From: an uncultured bacterium
GTDB taxonomy: Bacteria > Babelota > Babeliae > Babelales > JACPOV01
Length of the DNA: 64,000 nucleotides
NCBI GenBank assembly: GCA_963744715.1
Contig: CAVUUR010000004.1
Coordinates: 1 to 64,000 of the forward strand
Reading direction: 5' to 3'
The position numbers were made by a program, and so were the translations under genes. The notes under the pieces are model-generated. The model worked only from the letters and a program-made list of their open reading frames with translations. It was not told the DNA's origin and did not search any database. Below, piece after piece: positions 1-10,566 of this stretch. The first letter of the stretch is position 1. Each line of letters begins with the position of its first letter.

Positions 1-723
1 ATCATCACGATTGCTAAGAATTTCATCGTGAGCCTGAAAATGCAACACGATATTAAGTTTCAAACCCTGTATATTATTAATGTTATCGATAGGATTCATG
101 CCATTACGCGTATAGCGTTCTGCAAGAGTAACCAATTCATCAGTAGCGCCACGAAATGCCATAATTTCATCGATAGATTTTAACGGACAATCAAGAATAA
201 TATGGCCTTTTTCAAGAGCAGCAATAATCATTTTTCTATCTTCATCAGTAATGCCATATTTTTTCAATTCGGTTTCACAGCATTTCAGGTTAAGGAGTGC
301 AAGCATGTTAATAATTGCGCCGCCGCCAGCGGAAAAGCCGTAAAGATTTATTGATGGTACTTCATCATAAACAACAAAACATTTTACAATAAAAAGTAAT
401 GGCATAATTTCATCAATGGTGCCAAATGAACTCGTACGATAATCATATGCTCTCGTAGCAAGATCATAATCAGGAAAATTGAAACCAACCAAGGTGCCAG
501 ATAACACATCATGTGAAGCGAGCATATTTGCTATCTGATTATTGCCACCATAACCATGACAACATATTGTTATGCCGCCGGGTTGCATGCTAGGAATAAT
601 AATAATCCCAATATTATAAGAAGGAAGTACAACTGGCTCAAATTTTTTGAATAGAAGATATCTATCAAAGCAACTAGTAACATTACTAACCATCAAAAAT
701 ATTCCCATGAGCAACATGATCAT
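1..723 (-). CDS. Alpha/beta hydrolase fold protein, 3' end runs off the window
   Basis: My translation of the minus strand from ATG at 723 (AAGGA upstream) is open to position 1 and contains CCHGYGG and the nucleophile elbow YGFSAGG. Confidence 0.75.
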   Translation of the reverse strand, partial: MIMLLMGIFLMVSNVTSCFDRYLLFKKFEPVVLPSYNIGIIIIPSMQPGGITICCHGYGGNNQIANMLASHDVLSGTLVGFNFPDYDLATRAYDYRTSSFGTIDEIMPLLFIVKCFVVYDEVPSINLYGFSAGGGAIINMLALLNLKCCETELKKYGITDEDRKMIIAALEKGHIILDCPLKSIDEIMAFRGATDELVTLAERYTRNGMNPIDNINNIQGLKLNIVLHFQAHDEILSNRDD

Positions 724-743
724 AACTTTTCCTTCATTAACCT

Positions 744-1883
744 TTATTGTCCATCGTCAAAATAGTTGTGCACTTCAGCAGGCAATTGTTTGTAGTCAAC
801 AGTACTGGTTAGATGTGAAAAATCTAACCCACAATACGTATTCCAGAATAATAGTACTTCATCCTTTGTCCGCACGTTATTTTCAATATCGGCAAGTATC
901 GCCGCAAACGCTTTAGCCGAATAGGTTCCTTCTAAATTAATATGCTCTGTTTTACGCATGAATTGTGCAGCATCATCAACATTGCTCATCCACCCACCAT
1001 ACTCTGTTCCGCAAAAATCTTTATTGATCATTAATTGCTCATCGGGAAATGCAAGTAACGGAATTGAGCGCGAGCAAGAATTAAGAAGTTTGTTAGTTTC
1101 AAAAAATAATTCTTGTGTGCGTTTAAAAAAACCATCTACGGTACTTTCAGGTTCAACAGAGATGGCAACGATAGTTGAACGTATATCCGCCAATGCAAAT
1201 CCCAACAATAAACCGGCCGTGGTACCACAACTGCCAATAGGCAAATAAATAAAATCAGGCTCCGGCATAACACCGTGTTGAATTTGTTTTTTTAATTCAA
1301 AGGCGGCATTAACGTATCCCAAAACTCCTAAAGGGACTGATCCTCCGGTGGGGAAAAAATATATATCCTTGTTATTGGCTAATACGTTATTGAGCGCACT
1401 ATTTCTTATTTCATTATTGGCAAAAATCTGAATTTCCGCATTAAAATAATGATCCAACAACAAATTCTGTCTGACAACCGGTGAGTTTGGTTGATGTTTT
1501 AACATAAGCAAACAATCAAGTCCTAATTGCCGCGCATAACAAGCGGTCGCTAGTCCATGGTTGGTGCCAACGCAACCGAACGTTACGATTTTTTTTGCTC
1601 CTTGTTGCAGCGCATCCGCCAAAAGAAATTCTAATTTGCGAACTTTATTGCCGCCGTATAAACCATCGAACCCGGTCAAATCATCACGCTTAATGAAAAT
1701 GTTGTGATACCCTAGCACATTTCCTAAGGTATGACATCTATCGATCGGTGTTGGAAGATCTGCAAAGCTCATATAAGCGATAGCAGAATCGAGCTCTTTG
1801 CAATGCTCAAAAAGATATGCCGCATTACCGTTAAAAAAATACAGCAAGCTAAACAAACAATGTACATAGTGTATAAATTTCAT
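744..1883 (-). CDS. PLP-dependent D-cysteine desulfhydrase / ACC deaminase family protein
   Basis: IFIKRDD, GGNKVRKLEFLLADA (PLP lysine), TNH, GSCGTTAGL and EGTYSAKA motifs. Confidence 0.9.
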   Translation of the reverse strand: MKFIHYVHCLFSLLYFFNGNAAYLFEHCKELDSAIAYMSFADLPTPIDRCHTLGNVLGYHNIFIKRDDLTGFDGLYGGNKVRKLEFLLADALQQGAKKIVTFGCVGTNHGLATACYARQLGLDCLLMLKHQPNSPVVRQNLLLDHYFNAEIQIFANNEIRNSALNNVLANNKDIYFFPTGGSVPLGVLGYVNAAFELKKQIQHGVMPEPDFIYLPIGSCGTTAGLLLGFALADIRSTIVAISVEPESTVDGFFKRTQELFFETNKLLNSCSRSIPLLAFPDEQLMINKDFCGTEYGGWMSNVDDAAQFMRKTEHINLEGTYSAKAFAAILADIENNVRTKDEVLLFWNTYCGLDFSHLTSTVDYKQLPAEVHNYFDDGQ

Positions 1884-1909
1884 CTGTTTTTATCTCCTTT
1901 TATTTTTTT

Positions 1910-3172
1910 TTAAGCCGTAGCCAAAATCTGGCAAATAGCATCCTCAATTTCAGTTTTACAGGGTGGATTATAAATCGATTCTGATACATACCCATTAATT
2001 AAAATTGAAAATGCAAACATATCCTGTTCCGTTTCTACATAACCGGATAAGCTTGAAATACCAGCCAGAGATCCTGTTTTAGCTTTAACATGCAATGCTA
2101 AATTCTCCATACGATTTTTCAGGGTTCCATCAATGCCTGCACACGCCAAACTATCGTGAAAAAGAAAAAAATATGGTTGTTCATACGCCCACGTTAACAA
2201 GGAAATAATATGATGCGGTGAAATTAAATTGTAACGTGACCTTCCTGATCCATCATTGATAATTAAATCACCCATAGTTTTATCACGCAACGATGGTAAA
2301 AAATCCATCATGGCATCAACTCCTTTTGCCCACGTACCAGGAAAACCATAACAATGCGTACCTATTTTTTTAAACAAACAATCCGCATATAAATTATCTG
2401 ATTCTTTAAGCATATGGCTTACTAGTAAAGAAATACTTTCAGAATAATGGGTATTGATCGTGCTATACTTTTCTGGAGAGCGCAGGCATGAAACTTTACC
2501 ACGTAATTCGATACCATATTTCTGCAATACTGATTCAAAAAAATTGCCGCCATCAAAAAACATATCGTGCAATGAATCATTCTCCATAAAGGGAATAGTA
2601 GGCATCATACACAATCCACATGGTTTCCTATCTATCATCAATGAACTAACCGGGCTGTTCCACGGTGCACCTATATTATCAAGCAATGATCCTGGCGCGA
2701 AACATTCATGATCAAAATCTTCTTGATCGATACATAGATCACCCGTAATAGTAGTAATTCCATCGTGGCTTAGCGATTTAAATAAACGTTCAATATCGGC
2801 ACTTTTTAATGATGGATCACCTGACCCTTTAATATAGAGATTTCCATCAATAACGTTTTTGTCTACCGTTCCATCAGTGACTAACAACGTTTCAAATCTA
2901 TAATCTTGGCCAAGCACTCCTAACGCGAGTATTGCTAAAAATAACGTAATATTGCTAGCTGGAGCAAATAAATGCCGCTCATGGTGTGCATAAACGATGT
3001 GGCGATTTTTTAATGAATATATTTCGCAACCAATATGCAGATGAGGATTAGTATCTATAATTTTTTTAATCTGTTTTGCAATAGTTTGATACGTACGCGC
3101 ATAATTTTTTTTTGGTACCGATTGCACATAATTGGGTATCAAAAAACAGAGCAATAACCATAATTGTTTCAT
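1910..3172 (-). CDS. dacB: D-Ala-D-Ala carboxypeptidase/endopeptidase (PBP4, peptidase S13)
   Basis: Signal peptide; PASN, GSGDP, SDN (SxN), DGSGRSRYN and KTG motifs. The SxxK motif reads SNIT. Confidence 0.9.
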   Translation of the reverse strand: MKQLWLLLCFLIPNYVQSVPKKNYARTYQTIAKQIKKIIDTNPHLHIGCEIYSLKNRHIVYAHHERHLFAPASNITLFLAILALGVLGQDYRFETLLVTDGTVDKNVIDGNLYIKGSGDPSLKSADIERLFKSLSHDGITTITGDLCIDQEDFDHECFAPGSLLDNIGAPWNSPVSSLMIDRKPCGLCMMPTIPFMENDSLHDMFFDGGNFFESVLQKYGIELRGKVSCLRSPEKYSTINTHYSESISLLVSHMLKESDNLYADCLFKKIGTHCYGFPGTWAKGVDAMMDFLPSLRDKTMGDLIINDGSGRSRYNLISPHHIISLLTWAYEQPYFFLFHDSLACAGIDGTLKNRMENLALHVKAKTGSLAGISSLSGYVETEQDMFAFSILINGYVSESIYNPPCKTEIEDAICQILATA

Positions 3173-3427
3173 TAATGTTCCTTATACTATAAACTTTCTA
3201 ATAATTTCATACGTAATGCATCACCAACTATTTTTTAATGCACAGCGATATTCTAAAAAAATACACAACGTTCACAAAAAAATACTCGGCTATTTTTTTA
3301 TATTGCATTATAATACTCTACTTACAATTCTTGACCAGAAAAAAGTTACATTTTTTTTAGTAAGAATGCTTGTTTAAAAAAAATATTTTTACGTAGTTAA
3401 TTACCATACAAAAAAAACGAGGTTCTC

Positions 3428-4144
3428 ATGATTCCATTTACAATACCGGCACATCAAATAAATCAATATGTAACTATTCATCCAATAATTCCTATACAAG
3501 CCAATCAAGGTTGGAAATTAGAATTATTTGAGCTATCATACCCCGTTGCACAACATTATCATAAATTGCAGCAACATATGATTATCATGATTAAAGGAAC
3601 GTTACGGGTTACCATGGATACTATAACGCACGTATTAAAACCGGGAGATTTGGCGTGCATTAATCCAGGAGTCGTACATTCCTTACATCCCGAAGGAACA
3701 ATTAATTGTTTTAATGTTGGCATGCCAGGATTTTTGTACCCGGATGATGTTTTTGACGATATTCAATCAGCATTTCAAACGCCGTGGTTACCCGCTACAA
3801 GATCAGTGCTACCTCCCATGGATCCGATCTATTTCAAAACAAAAATTAATCACGGAACGTATGTCGCTTATGAACTCATTACCGATCGTGTAGCGAGTGC
3901 TGCATTATTGGAAATCTATGATTCGCCAAAACATTACCATGCTCTATCAAAGGAAATTTTTATTGTTGTTCACGGAAATCTTGCTCTTGAAAAGGATAAT
4001 CAAACAACGGTATTAACACCGGGCCAAACCGTAATTATTAATCCTGGCAGCGTTCATCATCTGAAATCTGCTGATCAATTTCCGGTACGCGTATTGTGCT
4101 TTAATGTTCCCCCGTTTGACCCACATGATATGCACAGAATTTAA
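3428..4144 (+). CDS. Bicupin (two cupin domains) protein
   Basis: Two cupin motif sets: HYHK..QH / INPGVVH and HYH...E / INPGSVHH. Confidence 0.8.
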   Translation: MIPFTIPAHQINQYVTIHPIIPIQANQGWKLELFELSYPVAQHYHKLQQHMIIMIKGTLRVTMDTITHVLKPGDLACINPGVVHSLHPEGTINCFNVGMPGFLYPDDVFDDIQSAFQTPWLPATRSVLPPMDPIYFKTKINHGTYVAYELITDRVASAALLEIYDSPKHYHALSKEIFIVVHGNLALEKDNQTTVLTPGQTVIINPGSVHHLKSADQFPVRVLCFNVPPFDPHDMHRI

Positions 4145-4222
4145 ATCTTAATGCCTTGCCTAGCATGCCAAATATAGCTATGCTAAGCGCAATCTTTCAC
4201 AAGTAACATAAAGGAGTAATCG

Positions 4223-5161
4223 GTGAATAAAATAATCTTTTCTTTTGTAATACTATTATGTTTCTTACAACAATCATCAGTAGTTGCGCAATTGGTTACA
4301 ACAGATGAAAAATCTAAAGAACAACAACCATTTCCTCTTGCCCTACTACCCAAAGATCTGCAAAATTTAATTACTTCTTATATGTGGGCCGTTGGCGATA
4401 GCCCAGATGAATTCAAACAAATAGCATTAAAACACAATAAAAATAAAACTATACAATCACAATTGACCACCTACAATCCAGTAACCTCTCGAGCTGAAGG
4501 TAAAAAATATGGTTTTCATGGCGAAAAAATCCCCATTAATTTTTATACCGGCAAAGACAATAATTCTTCTATTATTAACGTTGGTTGTATTATTGAACGT
4601 GCAGTACCATCTTCGTTGAATGGTTACAGCTATTTGGAAAGCCATGTAGAAACTACTCGCATTTTCTTAGATGGTCCATCAGGAATCTATACAACGTCAA
4701 TTACAAATGGGCAAAACGAGAATCCTACCATACTTGCATGCAGTTTATCCGTACATGGCGACCTTGCAATAGCATGGGAGGATAAAGATGATTCCTCGTA
4801 TGTTACTTTTTCAAAGCTGACTGAAGTTAAACAAGGCAAACCTATTGATCTAGGTACGAATAAGGTTCTAGCTCATTCTAGTACAAGTAACGGTGATACG
4901 TTAAATACAATTTTGTTTAATCGACAAGGAACGTTACTCACATCTATTTCTAATAATCTGGCTTGTCATAATGAAAAAGATATTAACTATATTCCAACCC
5001 CCAATAACAATACAACCCTAACTCCCGCTCAAATATGCAAACGCATGATACTGCCAATTGCTGGCGCACAAGATTTAGTAAGAGAAAAAAATGCTTTGGC
5101 CAAGCAACAAAAGGAAAAGAAAAAAAGTTCCTGGTTAGATTTACTTTTTGGTAAAAAATAA
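4223..5161 (+). CDS. Secreted hypothetical protein with F-box-like N-terminal motif (paralog 1 of 3)
   Basis: Signal peptide, then FPLALLPKDLQNLITSYM; clearly paralogous to the next two ORFs. Confidence 0.6.
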   Translation: MNKIIFSFVILLCFLQQSSVVAQLVTTDEKSKEQQPFPLALLPKDLQNLITSYMWAVGDSPDEFKQIALKHNKNKTIQSQLTTYNPVTSRAEGKKYGFHGEKIPINFYTGKDNNSSIINVGCIIERAVPSSLNGYSYLESHVETTRIFLDGPSGIYTTSITNGQNENPTILACSLSVHGDLAIAWEDKDDSSYVTFSKLTEVKQGKPIDLGTNKVLAHSSTSNGDTLNTILFNRQGTLLTSISNNLACHNEKDINYIPTPNNNTTLTPAQICKRMILPIAGAQDLVREKNALAKQQKEKKKSSWLDLLFGKK

Positions 5162-5180
5162 TGCTTTGTAAGGATATTCA

Positions 5181-6143
5181 ATGCATAAGAAAATAGTTTT
5201 CTCTCTCGTAGTACTATTATGTTTCTTACAACAATCATCGGTAGTGGCACTATTGGTTACAACGAATGAAAAATCTAAAGAACAAGAATCGTTTCCGCTT
5301 GCCCTACTACCCCAAGACATGCAAAATGTAATCATTTCTTATATGGAGGCCGTTGGCGATAGCAAGGATGAATTTCAAAGAATAATATTAGAATATGATA
5401 AGACTAAACCAACGTCATTAAAATTGATTACCGGTAATTTATTTGATTACATCAAACAAGAAACTTCGCAAGATGAATGTATCAAATATGGTTTTCATGG
5501 TAACAAAATACCCATTAATTTTTATACGCTCAAAGATAATAGCCCCTCGATTATTGAAGTTGGTTGTATTATTGCACGTGCACAAAAATCTATTTTGAAT
5601 GGCACTTGGTACTATAGTTTTTATGATCCAAGTACAAGTATCCGCATTTTTTTAGATAGCCCATCAGGAATTTATCAAACAGTAATTACCTATGATAAAC
5701 ACAAAAAAAAACCTACGATTCTTGGATGTAGCTTATCGGTACATGATGATCTTGCAATAGCATGGTTAGATAACAACGATCATTTTTTTAATATTACTTT
5801 TTCAAATCTTACTGAAGTAAAAAAAAGAAAGCCAATTGATTTAGATAAAGACAAGAATACATTAGATTTTTCGCACCTTAATCTATATTTAAATACCATG
5901 TTATTTAACCGACAAGGAACGTTACTTGCCTGTGTTCATCATGTTCCTCAGTCCCGCCAACAAACAATGGGACAAGTCTTCGGATGTATGTCAATCTCCA
6001 ATAAAGAACCACTAACTCTTGCTCAACTATGCAAACGCATGATACTGCCGATTGCCGGTGCACAGGATCTAGTAAGAGAAAAAAAAGCTTCAGAAAAAAA
6101 AGAAGACAAAAAAACATCCTGGTTAGATTTTTCTTTTTGGTGA
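5181..6143 (+). CDS. Secreted hypothetical protein with F-box-like N-terminal motif (paralog 2 of 3)
   Basis: Signal peptide, FPLALLPQDMQNVIISYM; shares CSLSVH.DLAIAW and LFNRQGTLL with paralog 1. Confidence 0.6.
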   Translation: MHKKIVFSLVVLLCFLQQSSVVALLVTTNEKSKEQESFPLALLPQDMQNVIISYMEAVGDSKDEFQRIILEYDKTKPTSLKLITGNLFDYIKQETSQDECIKYGFHGNKIPINFYTLKDNSPSIIEVGCIIARAQKSILNGTWYYSFYDPSTSIRIFLDSPSGIYQTVITYDKHKKKPTILGCSLSVHDDLAIAWLDNNDHFFNITFSNLTEVKKRKPIDLDKDKNTLDFSHLNLYLNTMLFNRQGTLLACVHHVPQSRQQTMGQVFGCMSISNKEPLTLAQLCKRMILPIAGAQDLVREKKASEKKEDKKTSWLDFSFW

Positions 6144-6170
6144 AAAAATAATGTTTTGCAAGGATATTCT

Positions 6171-7160
6171 ATGCATAAGAAAATAGTTTTCTCTCTTATA
6201 GCACTATTATGTTTCTTACAACAATCATTGGTAGTAGCGCAATTGGTTACAACAGATGAAAAATCTAAAGAACAAGAACCGTTTCCTCTTGTCCTACTAC
6301 CCCAAGATGTACAACATTTAATTATTTCTTATATGTGGGATATTGTAGACACCAAGGAGCAATTTAGGACGATAGCCGCACAATTCAATAACAATAAAAC
6401 GCTACAATCCCAACGGGCCACCTACGATCCAAGAACTTCGTGGTCCGAGCAGAGAAAATATGGATTTTCTGGTAAAAAAACTCCCATTTATTTTTATACC
6501 TTAAAAAATAATAAACCTTACATTAGTGAAGTTGGTTACATTATTGAAGACGCATGGCCATATCGCTTAAATATCAGTGCAAAGATCAGCTATTATAGTT
6601 ATAATTCTATGAAAAATCGCCAGCCAACTACCTGCATTTTTTTAAACGGCCCATCAACAACCTACGGCACGATACTCGCCAACAACATAATAAATAATAA
6701 AAAGAATATTATTGGTTGTAGTTTATCGGTACACGGCGATTTGGCAATCGCATATTGGGATAATAATGGCTCTCATATTACGTATACCGATCTTGATGAA
6801 GTTAAAAAAGATCAACCCATTGATTTGGAAAAAAATAAAGCATTATCTATTCTAGACAATGACTTTGATCATTACCGTTTAAATACCGTATTGTTTAATC
6901 ACCAAGGAACATTACTTGCGTGCGTGTATAATCACACCGATCAAAGCGCCCAATTGTTGCAGGATAACGAACATCATACTATTCTGCAACGCATGGAACA
7001 TATCCTAGCCCCCCGTAATACACCATTAACCTCTGAACAAATAGGTAAACGAATCCTGCATATACCAACACCTGAAATAAAAGCTTTGGTGAAACAAGGA
7101 AAAGAACAGAAGAAAAAAAACTCTTGGTTAAGTTTTTCTGGATTTTTCAGTAAAAAGTAA
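6171..7160 (+). CDS. Secreted hypothetical protein with F-box-like N-terminal motif (paralog 3 of 3)
   Basis: Start set at ATG 6171 by alignment to paralog 2 (AAGGA RBS); FPLVLLPQDVQHLIISYM. Confidence 0.6.
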   Translation: MHKKIVFSLIALLCFLQQSLVVAQLVTTDEKSKEQEPFPLVLLPQDVQHLIISYMWDIVDTKEQFRTIAAQFNNNKTLQSQRATYDPRTSWSEQRKYGFSGKKTPIYFYTLKNNKPYISEVGYIIEDAWPYRLNISAKISYYSYNSMKNRQPTTCIFLNGPSTTYGTILANNIINNKKNIIGCSLSVHGDLAIAYWDNNGSHITYTDLDEVKKDQPIDLEKNKALSILDNDFDHYRLNTVLFNHQGTLLACVYNHTDQSAQLLQDNEHHTILQRMEHILAPRNTPLTSEQIGKRILHIPTPEIKALVKQGKEQKKKNSWLSFSGFFSKK

Positions 7161-7198
7161 CACTTTATCTTACAACAAAAAAAACTTTTATAGGTAAT

Positions 7199-8008
7199 TT
7201 ATTGCTGCGTCTCTACTTCTTTAATATTCACAGCAGGGCTTATAAATGGACTCGCTGCCATGAAATGCGCCTGATCTAATTCATTAATGTTAGCTAGGCG
7301 ATTCACCATAGCAGGATGCGTAGAAAAAAGTTCAGCAAACCCAATCAAAAAACCGGGTTCTGTATTAAAAATTAATTCTGCTACATCTACTTTTTTATAT
7401 AAATGTTTACCGGCAGCAAGAAGCACTATACCTTTTACAGCACCTTGAGGGCATAAATTATAACCAATAGCATCAGAGGTGTATTCGCGTGCACGCGAAT
7501 AAGCTGACCCTAACAATGGAATAAAAGATGCTGGCAAGGTAAGAAATGATTTAAAAAAGCCAAGATGCCGTTTTATATGCCCCAATTCGTGGCCGATAAT
7601 GAACGAAAGTGTATCGACACCTTCTTGATAAGCAACTTCTAATACATCAGCATATAACACCACAAAATCTCTTCCGACAGCTCTTGTTGCAAAAGCATTA
7701 AGCATGCCATGCCCATGCAAAACGTACACATCAGGAATTTTCTTTAAACCTAATTTTTTCGATTGGCTTTTTACAATATCAAATACGGTGGAAAACTGTC
7801 TTTCATGTATTTTAATTGCATTGCCTCGTAAATAACCCACAAACAACAGTGAAAATAATGTCCTTGCTAGCAAAAAAATAATGCCATAAAAAGCTACCAC
7901 GCGAAAAAGGCCGCTCACTAATGCATACACGATACCACCATAGAAGAAAAGACTAATCGCACTCAAAATAACAAAATAAGTATTTTCCTTACGTACATTA
8001 AGTTGCAT
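7199..8008 (-). CDS. M48 family zinc metallopeptidase (HtpX-like)
   Basis: N-terminal TM helices; NAFA, HELGH, SRAREYTSD and STHP motifs. Confidence 0.9.
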   Translation of the reverse strand: MQLNVRKENTYFVILSAISLFFYGGIVYALVSGLFRVVAFYGIIFLLARTLFSLLFVGYLRGNAIKIHERQFSTVFDIVKSQSKKLGLKKIPDVYVLHGHGMLNAFATRAVGRDFVVLYADVLEVAYQEGVDTLSFIIGHELGHIKRHLGFFKSFLTLPASFIPLLGSAYSRAREYTSDAIGYNLCPQGAVKGIVLLAAGKHLYKKVDVAELIFNTEPGFLIGFAELFSTHPAMVNRLANINELDQAHFMAASPFISPAVNIKEVETQQ

Positions 8009-8087
8009 CGTTATAATCCTTTAAGGTAAAAAATAATGGATATTACGTTTCTAAATATAAAATTATAAGATCAAAATATCATAAGTA

Positions 8088-9119
8088 TTAAAAATGACTA
8101 GATTTGGTTAAAAATTTTTGCCCGGTTAACTCACGGTGTCTTAAGCTCGTTGGCATATTGGGAGTATGAGCATTTTTAAATGCTTCAAAATCATCTGCGC
8201 TGCCAATATCAATCAATGTTTTAATAGCTTCCGGCTTTTCCTTTTTACACTCTTTTAAAAATTTTACCAAATCTTGATTTCCATTATTTTCAATCATTTG
8301 CGCAGGAGTTTTTCCTTGATCATTTTTTACGCTCAAGATTTTTGACAACGAAGCTTTGCTCATGGCATAATACAAAAACATTTGTGCTGCGTATGTTGAA
8401 TTTTGCATCCATTCCTGACGAGTCATCTTGAATTCTTGCATGTAGCGAGCCGTGTATCGAGAAAAATTGCCGTACGCAGATATAATCTTATGAGCAGGCG
8501 TATTTCCTTCTTCATTTTTTATAAATAAATCTGCACCATACCTAATTAATTCTCCAGGAATTCTATCTTGTTCAGTAGGGTGCTTACCAGGAAATGCAAC
8601 TGAGTGTAAAGGGGTATTATCATAGTTGTTTTTCAGATTTACGTCAGCACCATTGATCAATAAAAGTTTTACCATGTTAAGATCATGCGCATAATGTAAT
8701 GCAGCCTTTCCTGCTTCATTAAACGAATTGACCTTAGCGCCACGATCAAGCAATAGTTGTGCGGTCTGAATATGATTATTTTCCACAGCAATAGTGAGTG
8801 CATTATGGTTATTATAACAATTATTTATTTGGACACCACTATCAAGCAAAATTTTTAATGTTTCAGTATCACCATTTTGCGCTGCTTGCACAAAATTTTT
8901 ATCATCTGCTACAGATATTGGTTTGGATTGGTAATATTTTCCATAGTGAACTCCAATTCCACATACGGCAACCATACCCGCTAAAATATGCTTTCTATGT
9001 GAATCTTCTGAAAAAAGTTTCCTCCAATTATTAAAATCGTTAGTCTCAACTGGCATAAGTATGGTTGAACGCAACATTACTAATACAGCAAGTAATCCTA
9101 AATTCATTTTTTTATACAT
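8088..9119 (-). CDS. Ankyrin repeat protein with N-terminal signal/TM segments
   Basis: Repeats of the type AAQNG..E.LKILL..G, GADVNLKNNYDNTPLH, GNTPAH and GKTPA. Confidence 0.9.
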   Translation of the reverse strand: MYKKMNLGLLAVLVMLRSTILMPVETNDFNNWRKLFSEDSHRKHILAGMVAVCGIGVHYGKYYQSKPISVADDKNFVQAAQNGDTETLKILLDSGVQINNCYNNHNALTIAVENNHIQTAQLLLDRGAKVNSFNEAGKAALHYAHDLNMVKLLLINGADVNLKNNYDNTPLHSVAFPGKHPTEQDRIPGELIRYGADLFIKNEEGNTPAHKIISAYGNFSRYTARYMQEFKMTRQEWMQNSTYAAQMFLYYAMSKASLSKILSVKNDQGKTPAQMIENNGNQDLVKFLKECKKEKPEAIKTLIDIGSADDFEAFKNAHTPNMPTSLRHRELTGQKFLTKSSHF

Positions 9120-9335
9120 TTTTTAACCTTCAGCGCTCTTTGCTAATTATTATAAAATTTTTTTATATACTATATATCAATTTATTATAGTTTATATTAT
9201 ATATTTGACAAGTTAATTGATCGAGCAAAATCAATTAACTTAAAAAAAATCTACTTCAACTAACGTTGATTTCAAAGTCTCGTTTTGCTATGCTACAGCC
9301 AACTTTTTATCAATGTATTTTGTTAAGGGAAATGT

Positions 9336-9752
9336 ATGATTTCATCCAAGTTATTGAGCTTTTGCTTGTTACTCATTTGTCCCTTTGCGCTAGCGCGAGT
9401 ACATTTGAACACCACAGTTCAACTCGATCGGGGACTTCAGCATTATGAACGAACCATAGAAATTCAAGTAGATGTTAATACACCAGTAACGATAGATGAT
9501 GATACGATGCATCTTGAAATCAGAATGATTACTGAACAAGAACAAGAAACTTTTATTGAATATGGGATATTCTTTAAGAATGCACAGGGCTATTATGAGC
9601 AACTAGCATCTCCCGCACTTAATGTAGCGTACGGAAAACCAGCAACTATTGCCTTTAACACAACCATCGGCCAAACTGCAGAAACTTCAGAGCCAAAAGA
9701 ATCTTTAACGATAACCGTATTGGCAAACAAGGTAACAAACTACAAACATTAA
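9336..9752 (+). CDS. Small secreted beta-rich hypothetical protein
   Basis: 138-aa ORF with AAGG RBS and a signal peptide ending ALA. Confidence 0.6.
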   Translation: MISSKLLSFCLLLICPFALARVHLNTTVQLDRGLQHYERTIEIQVDVNTPVTIDDDTMHLEIRMITEQEQETFIEYGIFFKNAQGYYEQLASPALNVAYGKPATIAFNTTIGQTAETSEPKESLTITVLANKVTNYKH

Positions 9753-9760
9753 TAAAAAAA

Positions 9761-10462
9761 ATGATAATATTTGATTTAGGCGGCGTCTTATTACATGAAG
9801 CTGAAATTAATTTATTGCACGCCCTTCCTGCTGACTTAGATATTGAATTAATACATAACAAACCGCCCCGAATTTTTAATCGAATGTTTGAATTTGCAAA
9901 TCTTATTTTCAATAAAGATTGTAAAAGAGATTGGATTATTGGCAATATTTCTGGCCATGAAATTGTGCAAAAAATTAAAGAAACTATTGATACCAATGAA
10001 TTTGATTTCTTCTTTAAAAATAAACAAGAACGAAATCTTATCAAACATGGTTCAGAATTAATATTATTGCCTGAAAAACTAGTAATGCTGACCCAATTAA
10101 ATCAAGATGGCTTTGAATTTGTAAAAAAATGTAAAAGAAATGGTATAAGAATACTTTTTCTATCAAATTGGGATCCTGAATCATTTGTTTTAATCAAAGA
10201 TAAATTTCAAGAACTTTTTAGATTATGCAACAGTGATGATATTGTTATTCCTGCTCAGATAGGTTTCATAAAACCTGACCTCAGGGCCTTTGACTACATG
10301 ATTAAAAGCTTAAAATGCGATATTACCAAAACTTTTTTTGTTGATGATAGTTCAACAAATGTTGCTGCTGCACAAAAATACGGTATTACCAGTATTCTTC
10401 ATCAAAATTGGAAACAAACTGCGCAAGAATTGATACAAAAAGGGCTAATTTTCCCGGACTGA
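9761..10462 (+). CDS. HAD-superfamily hydrolase
   Basis: IIFDLGGVL, LSN, KP and FVDD motifs. Confidence 0.9.
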   Translation: MIIFDLGGVLLHEAEINLLHALPADLDIELIHNKPPRIFNRMFEFANLIFNKDCKRDWIIGNISGHEIVQKIKETIDTNEFDFFFKNKQERNLIKHGSELILLPEKLVMLTQLNQDGFEFVKKCKRNGIRILFLSNWDPESFVLIKDKFQELFRLCNSDDIVIPAQIGFIKPDLRAFDYMIKSLKCDITKTFFVDDSSTNVAAAQKYGITSILHQNWKQTAQELIQKGLIFPD

Positions 10463-10566
10463 CGTCGACAAAGCACTTGATTCCTTCTCAAGATTGACTA
10501 ATTTTTGACCGATATAGCATTGCAATGTCGTTTTTGTCAAAAACTTCAGAGCATGAAATTCAAATT

